From assembly GCA_942493095.1 (NCBI GenBank), contig OW818675.1, positions 1,800,001-1,832,000 on the forward strand: 32,000 nucleotides of DNA, read 5' to 3'. Both the position numbers and the translations under genes were made by a program. Below the pieces are notes generated by a model that saw nothing but the letters and a program-made list of their open reading frames with translations, made no database searches and had not been told where the DNA came from. This document shows positions 9,219-18,240 of this stretch, in pieces; the first letter of the stretch is position 1; every line of letters begins with the position of its first letter. This stretch comes from Candidatus Electronema halotolerans. GTDB lineage: Bacteria > Desulfobacterota > Desulfobulbia > Desulfobulbales > Desulfobulbaceae.

Positions 9219-11876
9219 TTAGAAACTGCCGCCCATAGCAAAATCCCACTGGGCTTCCTCGTCGCCTGCTTGGGAATCGATATTATAGCCCCAGACCAGC
9301 CGCAGCGGCCCCATTGGCGACAGCCAGTTGACTCCCAGTCCGGCAGTCTTTTTCATCTCGCCGAAATCCCAGTCATCATCCTGGGCATAGACATTGCCGA
9401 AGTCGCTGAAAACCAGGCCGCGCACCCCGGCATCCTTGAGCAGCGGGAAGTACAGCTCCAGATTGGCGAACCACATCTTGTCGCCGCCGTATTTTTCGCC
9501 ATTGTCCGGGTTGATCGGGCTGACGGTCGAGGACTTGAAGCCCCGGATCGAGTTCATGCCGCCCAGATAGAAGTTCTCATAGACCGGCAGCTTGCCGTCC
9601 TCGTTCTCAAAAGCCTTGCCCGCGCTCAACCTGCCGTGCAGCACAGTTGACAAGGGCAGCGGATGATACCAGCCAGTTGAGGCCTCAACCTTGGTGTATT
9701 CCGCCTCGCCGCCAAAAACACCGCCTGCATACTCAACGCTGATGCTGTTTCTGGAGCCTGAGTCGGTGTTGAAGATTTTATCGCGGGTGTCGCGGACAAA
9801 GGACAGTTTGAACGCGCTGGTGATGTTGATCTTGGCCGACTCAAGGATGTAGTCGGAAGCATCCTCGGAAATATCCTCCAAAGTGGTGTCAGTCCAGCTG
9901 TAGCCATAGTAAATCCGCCATTCTTCGATCAGGTGATGACCGAGCCGGAGGCCGCCGCCTTGTGAGGACTTGGTGTAGTCAGTGTATTCGCGCTCCCAGT
10001 TGAAGGCATCAAGACCTGCCGAGACTCTGGAGTCAAAAATGCGCGGGTCAGTATAGGAAAGATTGTACTTAGTGGTCACAGAACTGAGATTGGCGGAAAA
10101 GGCGAGCCGGGTGCCAAGGCCAAGGAAGTTGTCCTCAGAAATCTCGCCCATGAACATCAGCTTGTCGGACGAGGAATAGCCCGCGCCAATGCTGAACTGA
10201 CCAGTGGCCCGCTCCTTGACTGAAACTAAGACATCCATCTGATCCCCAGTCGCTGTGGGCTTGGGCGTGACATTGATATCCTCAAAAAAGCCGAGCCGCT
10301 GGAGCTTCTTGACTGAATCGCGCAGGGCCTTGGAATTGAAGGTGCCGCCCTCCTCAACCGCCAGATCACGGCGGATGACATTGTCTCTGGTCCGGGTATT
10401 GCCTTGGATTTCCACCCGATTGACGCTCACCAGCCCGCCCTTGTCAATATTGAGAACAAGATCAACGGTTCTGTCCTCAGCCGATTTTTTCACCTTGGGA
10501 TCAATGTCGGCAAAGGCATAGCCTTGTTCGGCGTACAGGTCTGTCAGCTTGAGAATGTCGTCATGCAGGACTTTCCGGTTGAAAAACTGCTCTTTGCGGA
10601 TGTCGAGCATGTCCAGCAGCTCCTCCCGGCTTTTGAGCAGGTCGCCAGCCACATCAAGAGAGCCGAGCTTGTAGCGCGGGCCTTCCTCAATGGTGAAGGT
10701 GATCAGCAGGTCTTTGTCGTGCTGATCCACTTCCGGTTCAGCCACCTTGACATCAATGAAGCCGTGATTGCTGTAAAAGACAGCCAGCCGGTCCGCATCC
10801 TGCCGCAGGACATCCATTTTCAGGGTGCCGGAGCCGGTGATCCATGAAGAATACCATTTCCAGGTGCCGGTTTCGATCTCATCTTTCAGCTCGCTGGCCT
10901 CAAAAGAATTATTGCCGACAAAGCGGATGTCCGCCACGGACATTTTGCCGCCTTCGCTGATGGTAAAGACGACCTCTGTGCTTTGCGGATCAGGATGCTC
11001 GACTTTGAAGCTGACCTTGGCGGAATAGTAGCCTTTGCTGCGGTACAATTCCCTGATTTTCTTGACTGCGTCGTTGAGCGTGGCAGGATTGAGAATGCTG
11101 TTGGCCTTGATCCCGGCAGCGTCCCGGACATCGTCTTCCTCCAACTCTTGCAGTCCGGCAAAGACGACCTTGTTGATCAGCGGCTTTTCCTGCACCCGGA
11201 AGACCACCTTCTTGCCCTTGGCTGAATCATTGACCTCAATGCTGACGTTGTCAAAATAGCCCATGCTGAAGATCGCTTTCAGGTCCCGGCGCAGGCTGTC
11301 AGGGCTGTAAGCATCCCCGGCCTTGGTGCTGATCTTACCGAGGATGGCCCCGGAATCAATCCGCTTGTTGCCTGCCGGGGCAACCGAGGCGATGATCAGG
11401 TCCCGGTTGGTGTAGCTGAGAATCTCGGCAAGGATGCCTTCCAGAACATCAGGCAGGTCAGCGGCGGATGCGCCCTCCTTGTAGGCGGTCTTGGGCTGGC
11501 CCGGCTCCAGCAGGTCGATGATCTGCATGTCAACAGAAATCCGTCCGCCGATCACGGTCAGGCTGCCGACCGCAGCATAGTCCTTGCCGCTGTGCTCCAA
11601 AGCCTTGCTCAGAGCAGCCGGCGGCGGCGGCCACGGGCCTTGATAGTCAAACAGGTCTTCCGCTGCCGTGCGGGAGAGCATGGCAAAGTCCCGCGCCGCC
11701 AGCACAGCTTCCAAATCCGTGTCAGCCTGATGCGCCAGCACATTCCTGTCAGTGGCATTGATTTTCAAGGGCAAAAACAGGGTGTTCTGCTTGGCTGCCA
11801 GCGCGGAGCCAGCCGCAAGACAGCAGAAGAGGAGGAGCAGGAGCAGAATGGGAGGAATCAAGGAATGGCGGTTCAT
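9219..11876 (-). CDS. bamA: Outer membrane protein assembly factor BamA (POTRA domains plus beta-barrel), with an N-terminal extra domain
   Basis: Signal peptide MNRHSLIPPILLLLLLFCCLAAGSALA; POTRA repeats (KVVFAGLQELEEDDV, VADIRFVGNNSFEASEL, VNRVEIQGNTRTRDNVIRRDL); barrel motifs FYLGGMNSIRGF and DFGNVYA and the LGVNWLSPMGPLRLVWGY...F C-terminus. The start is set at 11876. Confidence 0.93.
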   Translation of the reverse strand: MNRHSLIPPILLLLLLFCCLAAGSALAAKQNTLFLPLKINATDRNVLAHQADTDLEAVLAARDFAMLSRTAAEDLFDYQGPWPPPPAALSKALEHSGKDYAAVGSLTVIGGRISVDMQIIDLLEPGQPKTAYKEGASAADLPDVLEGILAEILSYTNRDLIIASVAPAGNKRIDSGAILGKISTKAGDAYSPDSLRRDLKAIFSMGYFDNVSIEVNDSAKGKKVVFRVQEKPLINKVVFAGLQELEEDDVRDAAGIKANSILNPATLNDAVKKIRELYRSKGYYSAKVSFKVEHPDPQSTEVVFTISEGGKMSVADIRFVGNNSFEASELKDEIETGTWKWYSSWITGSGTLKMDVLRQDADRLAVFYSNHGFIDVKVAEPEVDQHDKDLLITFTIEEGPRYKLGSLDVAGDLLKSREELLDMLDIRKEQFFNRKVLHDDILKLTDLYAEQGYAFADIDPKVKKSAEDRTVDLVLNIDKGGLVSVNRVEIQGNTRTRDNVIRRDLAVEEGGTFNSKALRDSVKKLQRLGFFEDINVTPKPTATGDQMDVLVSVKERATGQFSIGAGYSSSDKLMFMGEISEDNFLGLGTRLAFSANLSSVTTKYNLSYTDPRIFDSRVSAGLDAFNWEREYTDYTKSSQGGGLRLGHHLIEEWRIYYGYSWTDTTLEDISEDASDYILESAKINITSAFKLSFVRDTRDKIFNTDSGSRNSISVEYAGGVFGGEAEYTKVEASTGWYHPLPLSTVLHGRLSAGKAFENEDGKLPVYENFYLGGMNSIRGFKSSTVSPINPDNGEKYGGDKMWFANLELYFPLLKDAGVRGLVFSDFGNVYAQDDDWDFGEMKKTAGLGVNWLSPMGPLRLVWGYNIDSQAGDEEAQWDFAMGGSF

Positions 11877-12284
11877 GAGCAAGTCCTGTTGGTTGCACGG
11901 TTGTCTGAAAAGGCTGCGGGCCAGTCGTGTCATTATGCCATGCGGATATGATTTTGCAAAGACTCTATCTTGGTGCGGGCGGTTCCTTCTCATTTTGGTC
12001 AAGCGGCCCTCCTTGCTCTTTGGCTGCCTGAACTGCCGGGCATCATCTGCCGCATTCTCCATAACGAGCAAGGGACTGAGCTTTTGCCCAGGCGGCAGGC
12101 CGGAACGCTTGCTGTCACTTCAGACAGTTCATAACTGTCGGGAAAACAGGTCTTTTTTGTCACCAGCTTTATTGTTCCCGCGTTGAGCAGCAGGCCTTCT
12201 GCCAAAAAAAATGTTAGAAAAATGCCAGAAAGATGTTATAACCGGGTAAAACTCCGCACCAATCACACAAACAGACTGGACAAC

Positions 12285-13301
12285 ATGAGCAACGGACAAT
12301 ATCTTGGCCATGTCCGCAGGGATGACCCGCTTTACAGCTACCTGCGGCATGAAATTCAGCCGCAAACCGGCACCACGCCTGACAAGGCAAAATACCGCGT
12401 CTTCCGCCTCAACGCCTCCAATGACGTTTTCCTTTACGAAGAAAAGTACAGCGGCGCAAAGTTCATAGGTAAATTCTTTTGCTGCGCCCGTACCAAGGAT
12501 GCAGACAAAGCTGCTGCTCGCCTGACCCATGAGTTTGACAATCTCCAGGCCATGCGCGACTGCGGCCTGACCGGTGCCCCTCATAATGTGGCCCGCCCTC
12601 TGGGAAAGAACTATGCCCTCAATGCCCTCTTGGTCACGGAAATCTGCGAGGGCGAGCTGTTAAGCAAGGTGATTCTTGCAGCAATCCATAATGGTGAGCA
12701 GGAAAAACTCTTCCAGCGGCTCACAGCCTTGGCCTATTTCTTTTCAAAACTCCATAACCGTACAGCGAACGGCCGCAAGGTTGACTTCCGGCCGAGCTGC
12801 GACTATACAGAGCATTTGATTCAGAAACTGCTGCGGATTCATGCTCTCAAGGACAAAGAAGCGGATGAGCTGCGTCGGCTGCGCGATCAGTGGCGGCACC
12901 GGGAACGGATGTGGGAAGACCGGGAGGTGCTGGTGCATGGCGATGCCACCCCGGAAAACTTCAAGTTTACCGGCGGCCTGAACGTAAGCACCTTTGATCT
13001 GGAGCGCGCGCATCGGGATGACCGGGTCTTTGATGTGGGCCGCATTGCTGGCGAGCTGAAGCATTTTTTCCTGCGTGATACAGGCAGCAAAGAGGCTGCA
13101 GAACCCTTTATCGGCCACTTCCTCTGGGAATATGCCTGCCATTTTCCTGACAGAGACAAGGCGTTCCGTTCCATTACTGCAAGAGTGCCGTTTTATATGG
13201 GTATCACCCTGCTGCGCATTGCCCGCAATAGCTGGATCGCTCAGGATTACCGCCGCTGTTTAATCCACGAGGCTAAAGAATGCCTACGGAGAGTTGCATG
13301 A
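12285..13301 (+). CDS. Phosphotransferase/kinase-like protein (APH fold)
   Basis: MSNGQYLGHVRRDDPLYSYL...; the catalytic-loop-like VLVHGDATPENFKF and FDLERAHRDDRVFDVGR motifs resemble the HGDxxxxN and DxE motifs of the aminoglycoside phosphotransferase superfamily. Confidence 0.75.
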   Translation: MSNGQYLGHVRRDDPLYSYLRHEIQPQTGTTPDKAKYRVFRLNASNDVFLYEEKYSGAKFIGKFFCCARTKDADKAAARLTHEFDNLQAMRDCGLTGAPHNVARPLGKNYALNALLVTEICEGELLSKVILAAIHNGEQEKLFQRLTALAYFFSKLHNRTANGRKVDFRPSCDYTEHLIQKLLRIHALKDKEADELRRLRDQWRHRERMWEDREVLVHGDATPENFKFTGGLNVSTFDLERAHRDDRVFDVGRIAGELKHFFLRDTGSKEAAEPFIGHFLWEYACHFPDRDKAFRSITARVPFYMGITLLRIARNSWIAQDYRRCLIHEAKECLRRVA

Positions 13302-14074
13302 TCATCAAGGGCCTGATTTTTGACATCAACGGCACTGTCACCGACATCAACACCAATGAATGGCACGGCGAGATTTACCGCATTCTCAGCAATCTGCTCC
13401 TGTATCAGGGCATTTCTCTGAGCGAGCAGCAAGTGCGTGACCTCTATTACCGTCTGCTGAAAAGCCAGCGGGCCGCAGGCGGCGAGCAGCACCCTGAGTT
13501 TAATGCGACCGGCATTTTCCAAGAGATCATCGACGAGAACGCCACAGCCTACACCCTTAATCTGCCTGAAGCCAAGCTGGAGGCACTGCCGCTCTTCTTG
13601 GCTGAGACCTTCCGGGCCGCCTCGCTCTTCCGGCTGAAACGTTACCGAGGAGTGACAGGCACGATCAAAACATTGCATCAGCAGTATCAGTTAGCAGCTC
13701 TCTCAGACGGGCAAAGTGCCTGGGCTGTGCCGGAGCTGCGGGCCGTCGGCCTGCTTGACTATTTCAGCCCGGTGATTGTCTCCGGCGACCACGGCTTCCG
13801 CAAGCCGGATCAGCGGCTCTTTGCTATGGTCTTGGAGGCCATGCAGCTTGAGCCGGACGAGGTGCTCTTTGTTGGCAATGACATGCACCGCGATGTCTTT
13901 GGCGCGCAGCAGATGGGCATGAAAACCGTGTTCTTCAAATCCAATCAGGGCCAGCAGGACTACAAGGATACTGAGGCAGACTACATTATTTACAATTTCC
14001 CGGAGCTGCTCAACGCTGTCCGCTTCTTTGCCGAGCAGCCTCTTGCTCTGCCAGAGCAGGGCGACTTGCCCTAG
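13298..14074 (+). CDS. HAD-superfamily hydrolase
   Basis: MIIKGLIFDINGTVTDINT (motif I, second Asp replaced by Asn), LAALSDGQ (II), GFRKPD (III), VLFVGNDMHRDVFGAQQMGMKTVFF (IV). The start overlaps the previous stop (ATGA). Confidence 0.85.
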   Translation: MIIKGLIFDINGTVTDINTNEWHGEIYRILSNLLLYQGISLSEQQVRDLYYRLLKSQRAAGGEQHPEFNATGIFQEIIDENATAYTLNLPEAKLEALPLFLAETFRAASLFRLKRYRGVTGTIKTLHQQYQLAALSDGQSAWAVPELRAVGLLDYFSPVIVSGDHGFRKPDQRLFAMVLEAMQLEPDEVLFVGNDMHRDVFGAQQMGMKTVFFKSNQGQQDYKDTEADYIIYNFPELLNAVRFFAEQPLALPEQGDLP

Positions 14075-14104
14075 CCCAGTTGATTTCTTCCTGCTAAGAC
14101 TGTT

Positions 14105-15865
14105 ATGCGTTCCTCTCCCAAAGCCTTCCGCTTTGTTATTGCCCTCCTCTTCGTCCTTGCCCTGCTTGGTTATCTGATCTATCAGGAGCAACGCACGGAA
14201 CGGCCAGAGCAAATCGAAGTCACAACTGCCGGTTTCTTAGAGATGTGCTTGTCCTGCCACAAGGACGAAAAGCCTGACCCGGCCCATGCCGCCCAGATGC
14301 TCGGCTGCTCGCCCTGCCATCTCGGTGATCCCAAGGCCATTGCCAAGGACAAGGCCCACAAAGGCATGGTCCTTAATCCCGGCGACCTGCGCGTGGCCCA
14401 GCAAACCTGCGGCAAGGAAGGCTGCCACCCGGCTGATGTCCACAAGGTGAAGAACTCGCTCATGGCCACCAACCGGGGCATTCTCGCCACCCTGCTCTAT
14501 TACTGGGGCGAGCGGGACAATCAGAACGCCGAGATCACGGTGGAGCAGCTCATCGAAAGCGGCGAGACCTCCTTGGCCTTGGATTACTACCGTAAGCTCT
14601 GCGCCACCTGCCATCTCTGGAAGCCCAAGAACAACCTGCCCGGCGCGCCCCAGTTCTACAATGACCAAGGCGGCGGCTGCTCGGCCTGCCACTACATTCC
14701 AGTCAAGGGCGATCCCCAGACCACGGTCATGGACTTTGAGGACAAGGAGATCACGGGCAAGAAGCCCCATCCTCTGATCAGCAAGAAGGTGCCGGACGAC
14801 AACTGCATCCGCTGCCACAACCGCTCTGGCCGGATTGGCGTTTCTTACACGGGTATTTTTGAGGCCGAAGGCTACGGCACCCCCTACGAGCATGGCCAGC
14901 CCTCGTCCAAGCGGCTGCCGGGTGAGCGCTTCTATCTTGAGCTGGCTGAGGATGTGCATCATAAGAAAGGGATGTCCTGCATAGACTGCCACACCCGTGA
15001 AGAGATCATGGGTGACGGCACCCAGTATGCCCATTACGAGGAGCAGTTGGAGATCAGTTGCACGGGCTGTCACAGCACCAAGCCGGGCCTGACTCGCAAG
15101 GGCCGCAAGCTGACCAATGTCAGCCAGGACAAGGACGGACACTTTGTCCTCACAGGCCGCAATGACGGCCAAGTCCGCCCGCTCCGCCCGCCCAAGCAGG
15201 ATGCCTGCGCCTATCCCGGCCACCAGCGGCTCTCGTGCGAGTCCTGCCATGCCACCTGGGTGCCGCAGTGCTATGGCTGCCATGCCCGCCGCGATGCCCG
15301 CGAGACCCATCTTGACAAGCTGACCGTCAAGGAGACACCGGGCTGGTGGCTGGAAGGCCGTTCCTATATCCGCTATGAGCAGCCCATGCTGGCGGTCTGG
15401 CAGGACAAAGTGGTGATTGTCACGCCCGGCTGTCAGGATATGGTGACGCTGATTGACAAGGAAGGCAAGATCAGCGGCGGCTTTAACCGCTTCACGATGG
15501 CGGCCATCAATCCGCATACCACCCAAGCTAAGGGCAGGCCCTGCAAGGATTGTCACGCCGCGCCCAAGACCATCGGCCTTGGCCAGGGCACAGTGACCAA
15601 GAAGGACGGCAAGTGGCAGTTCCATTCGGTTGATCAAGGCGTGGAGACCCTGCATGGCCGCACCGTGCCCTTGGATGCCTTTGTCACCATTGACGGCAAG
15701 CAGCTCCAGCACGGCTCCCGGCCCGATCTGCGCCCGTTCAATGCTGAGGAGCTGCACCGCATTCTCCGGGTGGGACTGTGCCTGCCCTGCCACAAGAGCT
15801 ATGACGACCCAGCCTACCGCAACTATGACCCGCAGCGGCAGTGTCCTAAATATCAGGAGCAGTGA
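14105..15865 (+). CDS. Membrane-anchored multihaem cytochrome c (11 CXXCH plus one CX4CH)
   Basis: N-terminal hydrophobic anchor FVIALLFVLALLGYLIY. Haem motifs are CLSCH, CSPCH, CATCH, CSACH, CIRCH, CIDCH, CTGCH, CESCH, CYGCH, CKDCH and CLPCH, with an additional CGKEGCH. Confidence 0.92.
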   Translation: MRSSPKAFRFVIALLFVLALLGYLIYQEQRTERPEQIEVTTAGFLEMCLSCHKDEKPDPAHAAQMLGCSPCHLGDPKAIAKDKAHKGMVLNPGDLRVAQQTCGKEGCHPADVHKVKNSLMATNRGILATLLYYWGERDNQNAEITVEQLIESGETSLALDYYRKLCATCHLWKPKNNLPGAPQFYNDQGGGCSACHYIPVKGDPQTTVMDFEDKEITGKKPHPLISKKVPDDNCIRCHNRSGRIGVSYTGIFEAEGYGTPYEHGQPSSKRLPGERFYLELAEDVHHKKGMSCIDCHTREEIMGDGTQYAHYEEQLEISCTGCHSTKPGLTRKGRKLTNVSQDKDGHFVLTGRNDGQVRPLRPPKQDACAYPGHQRLSCESCHATWVPQCYGCHARRDARETHLDKLTVKETPGWWLEGRSYIRYEQPMLAVWQDKVVIVTPGCQDMVTLIDKEGKISGGFNRFTMAAINPHTTQAKGRPCKDCHAAPKTIGLGQGTVTKKDGKWQFHSVDQGVETLHGRTVPLDAFVTIDGKQLQHGSRPDLRPFNAEELHRILRVGLCLPCHKSYDDPAYRNYDPQRQCPKYQEQ

Positions 15866-15900
15866 GGCGTAGGGGCACGGCGCGCCGTGCCCCTACGCCT
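15865..15900. repeat. Perfect 36-bp palindrome between the cytochrome and TPR genes
   Basis: aggcgtaggggcacggcg|cgccgtgcccctacgcct is self-complementary with no spacer. It begins on the last base of the cytochrome stop codon. Confidence 0.95.
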
Positions 15901-15922
15901 TACCGTGATTGACGGAGGAACC

Positions 15923-17992
15923 ATGACCAATCAATTCCACAACAGCGGCCCTGGCGAGCAGAACGTTGCGCAGGGCGACCACGCCATTGGCAAGCAGGAG
16001 AACACCGGGCAGGATGTAGGCGGAGATGGCAACATCTTCTCCGGCACAGGCAATGTGACGGTGCATCAAGGCTTGCGGGTGAAGACGCGCACGGTGCTGC
16101 TTGGTGCAGGGCTGGCAACCATGCTGCTGGGCGCGGGACTGGCCGGGTGGCACTTCCTTGCGCCGAAGCCGCCGCCGGTGCAGAACAACAGCATCGTCAT
16201 CAAGGACAACAAAGACAGCGGGCCGACTGCTGTTGCGCAGGGCGCGGGTGCCGCTGTTCACCAGACGATCAACTACCCCGGCGGCTACAACGTCTCCTTG
16301 GAACTCTTTGAGAAGTATGTCAAAGACCTTGATGTCACGGATGTTGCCTTGGTCAGCTTCTTCAAGATCATGGAGAAGGCGCAGGTGCCCCGTGCGGACT
16401 TGGACAGCAAGCTGCGCGAGATAGCCGCCCAGTACAAGGAACTGCTGGCCCGGCTGGACAGCGTGAAGTCCGAAGACCCGCAGGTGGTGAAGCTGAAGCA
16501 GGAGGCTAAACAGGCCATTGAGGCGGGCGACTACGCCAAGGCCGAGGAACTGCTGAACCAAGCAGAGGCTCTTGACCTGAAGGCCATTGAGCAGATGGAG
16601 AAGACGGCCAAGCAGCGGCGCATCTCCGCTGCGGCAACCAATGCTGACCAAGCCAGTCTCCAGCGTCTCCAGTTGCATTACGCCAAGGCTGCCGAGTATT
16701 GGCAGAAGGCTGCGGCCCTGCTGCCGGAGGAGAGCAAGGAGGAACGCTCGCTCTATCTGTATGAGGCGGGCTATGACCTTCATCGCATTGCCAAATACAA
16801 GGAGGCATTGCCTGTGTATGAGCAGAGCTTGGCGATAGATCGGGAGCTTGGCGATAGGGAAGGCGAAGGCGTGACGCTGAACAACATCAGCCAGATTTAC
16901 TCTGCGTGGGGAGACTACGGCACGGCCCTGAAGTATCTGGAGCAGAGCTTGGCCATCCGCCGGGAGATTGGCGACAAGGTAGGTGAAGGTACGACACTGA
17001 ACAACCTTGCTACGACCGCCTATGCCAAGGGAGACTACGGCACGGCCCTGAAAGATATGGAGCAGAACCTTATTTTCTTCCGGGAGATTGGTAATAAGAA
17101 GTATGAAGGGGGTACTCTGAACAACATCAGCCAGATTTACTCTGCGCGAGGTGACTACGTTGCGGCTCTGAAGCATCTGGAGCCGAGCTTGGCCATCAGC
17201 CGGGAGATTGGCGACAAGACAGTGGAAGGCAAGGCGCTGAACAACATAGGCGAGATTTACCGTAAGCGGGGTGACTATGACAAAGCCCTGCCTCTATATG
17301 AGCAGAGTCTGAGCATCAGCCGGAAGATTGGCGACAAGACAGTGGAAAACACGGCACTGAACAATATCGGTCTGATTTACTTTGCGCGGGGTGACTACGA
17401 CAAAGCCCTATCCCAGTATGAGCAGAGTCTGAGCATCAGTCGGGAAATTGGCGACAAGACAGTGGAAGGCACGACGCTGAACAACATAGGCGAGATTTAC
17501 CGTGCGCGAGGTGACTACGACAAAGCCCTGTCTCTGTATGAGCAGAGTCTGAGCATCCGCCGGGAGATTGGTGACAGGGCCAACACGACGCTGAACAACA
17601 TCGGCGAGACTTACCGTGTGCGGGGCGACTACGACAAAGCCCTCAAGTATCTGGAGCAGAGCTTGGCTCTCAGTAAAGAGCTTGGCGACAGAGCTATGCA
17701 AGGCACGACGCTGAACAACATCGGCCTGATTTACGATGCGCGGGGCGACTACGCTGCGGCCCTCAAGTATCTGGAGCAGAGCCTGACCATCAGCAAAGAG
17801 ATCGGCGACAGGCGCGGGGAAGCAGAGACGAGTTGGAATATCGGTCGCACGTACGAAAAGCAGGACGACCTAGCCAAGGCGGAACAGCACATCAGCCGGG
17901 CGGTGCAGCTTGCCGAGGAGATTGGTCATCCTGAATTGGAGAGATTCCGCAAGGGATTGGAAGACATCCGCGTCAAGCTGCGGGGCAGGTAG
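15923..17992 (+). CDS. Single-pass membrane protein with Gly/Asn-rich N-terminus and C-terminal TPR (kinesin-light-chain-type) array
   Basis: The start is ATG 15923 after ggagga. MTNQFHNSGPGEQNVAQGDHAIGKQENTGQDVGGDGNIFSGTGNVTV is followed by a TM segment (TVLLGAGLATMLLGAGLAGWHFL), a coiled-coil-like region, and GDKTVEGTTLNNIGEIYRARGDYDKALSLYEQSLSIRREI repeats. Confidence 0.85.
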   Translation: MTNQFHNSGPGEQNVAQGDHAIGKQENTGQDVGGDGNIFSGTGNVTVHQGLRVKTRTVLLGAGLATMLLGAGLAGWHFLAPKPPPVQNNSIVIKDNKDSGPTAVAQGAGAAVHQTINYPGGYNVSLELFEKYVKDLDVTDVALVSFFKIMEKAQVPRADLDSKLREIAAQYKELLARLDSVKSEDPQVVKLKQEAKQAIEAGDYAKAEELLNQAEALDLKAIEQMEKTAKQRRISAAATNADQASLQRLQLHYAKAAEYWQKAAALLPEESKEERSLYLYEAGYDLHRIAKYKEALPVYEQSLAIDRELGDREGEGVTLNNISQIYSAWGDYGTALKYLEQSLAIRREIGDKVGEGTTLNNLATTAYAKGDYGTALKDMEQNLIFFREIGNKKYEGGTLNNISQIYSARGDYVAALKHLEPSLAISREIGDKTVEGKALNNIGEIYRKRGDYDKALPLYEQSLSISRKIGDKTVENTALNNIGLIYFARGDYDKALSQYEQSLSISREIGDKTVEGTTLNNIGEIYRARGDYDKALSLYEQSLSIRREIGDRANTTLNNIGETYRVRGDYDKALKYLEQSLALSKELGDRAMQGTTLNNIGLIYDARGDYAAALKYLEQSLTISKEIGDRRGEAETSWNIGRTYEKQDDLAKAEQHISRAVQLAEEIGHPELERFRKGLEDIRVKLRGR
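16731..17925 (+). repeat. In-register 120-bp (40-aa) TPR-coding tandem array
   Basis: The gcgacaag-type motif recurs at 16851, 16971, 17091, 17211, 17331, 17451, 17571, 17685 and 17805. The step is 120 bp except for one 114-bp step. Confidence 0.9.
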
Positions 17993-18005
17993 GGTCGTAG
18001 GTCGT

Positions 18006-18029
18006 AGGGACAATTCATGAATTGTCCCT
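18006..18029. repeat. 24-bp perfect palindrome
   Basis: agggacaattcatgaattgtccct is self-complementary. It shares its core with the 18697-18740 palindrome. Confidence 0.9.
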
Positions 18030-18135
18030 GCATTCATTGTCCCTGCGGAATGCGGCAGGCAATAGGCAGACCGGCCCGTCTGTACATCTCTCCTCAGAGC
18101 CGCAGCACATGTGCAGATGTGCTCGCCGTTCATGG

Positions 18136-18240
18136 CTGCATGTACACCCCAGCAGATGTCTCCTTGCGCGGGCAGCACATCTCTGCATGTACGCCCCAGC
18201 ACATCTGCAGATGTATGCCGGAGCACATGTCTGCATGTAC
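18136..18240. repeat. Degenerate noncoding tandem repeat, about 47-48 bp period
   Basis: ctgcatgtac occurs at 18136, 18183 and 18231, each followed by an agcacatct/agcagatgt-like block. Related sequence extends upstream to about 18080. Confidence 0.6.

Noticed and set aside
14237-15793. 518-aa ORF antisense to the multihaem cytochrome
   Set aside because: Shadow frame of a GC-rich gene. The translation is low-complexity Ala/Gly/Leu with no domain, while the sense strand encodes clear CXXCH motifs.
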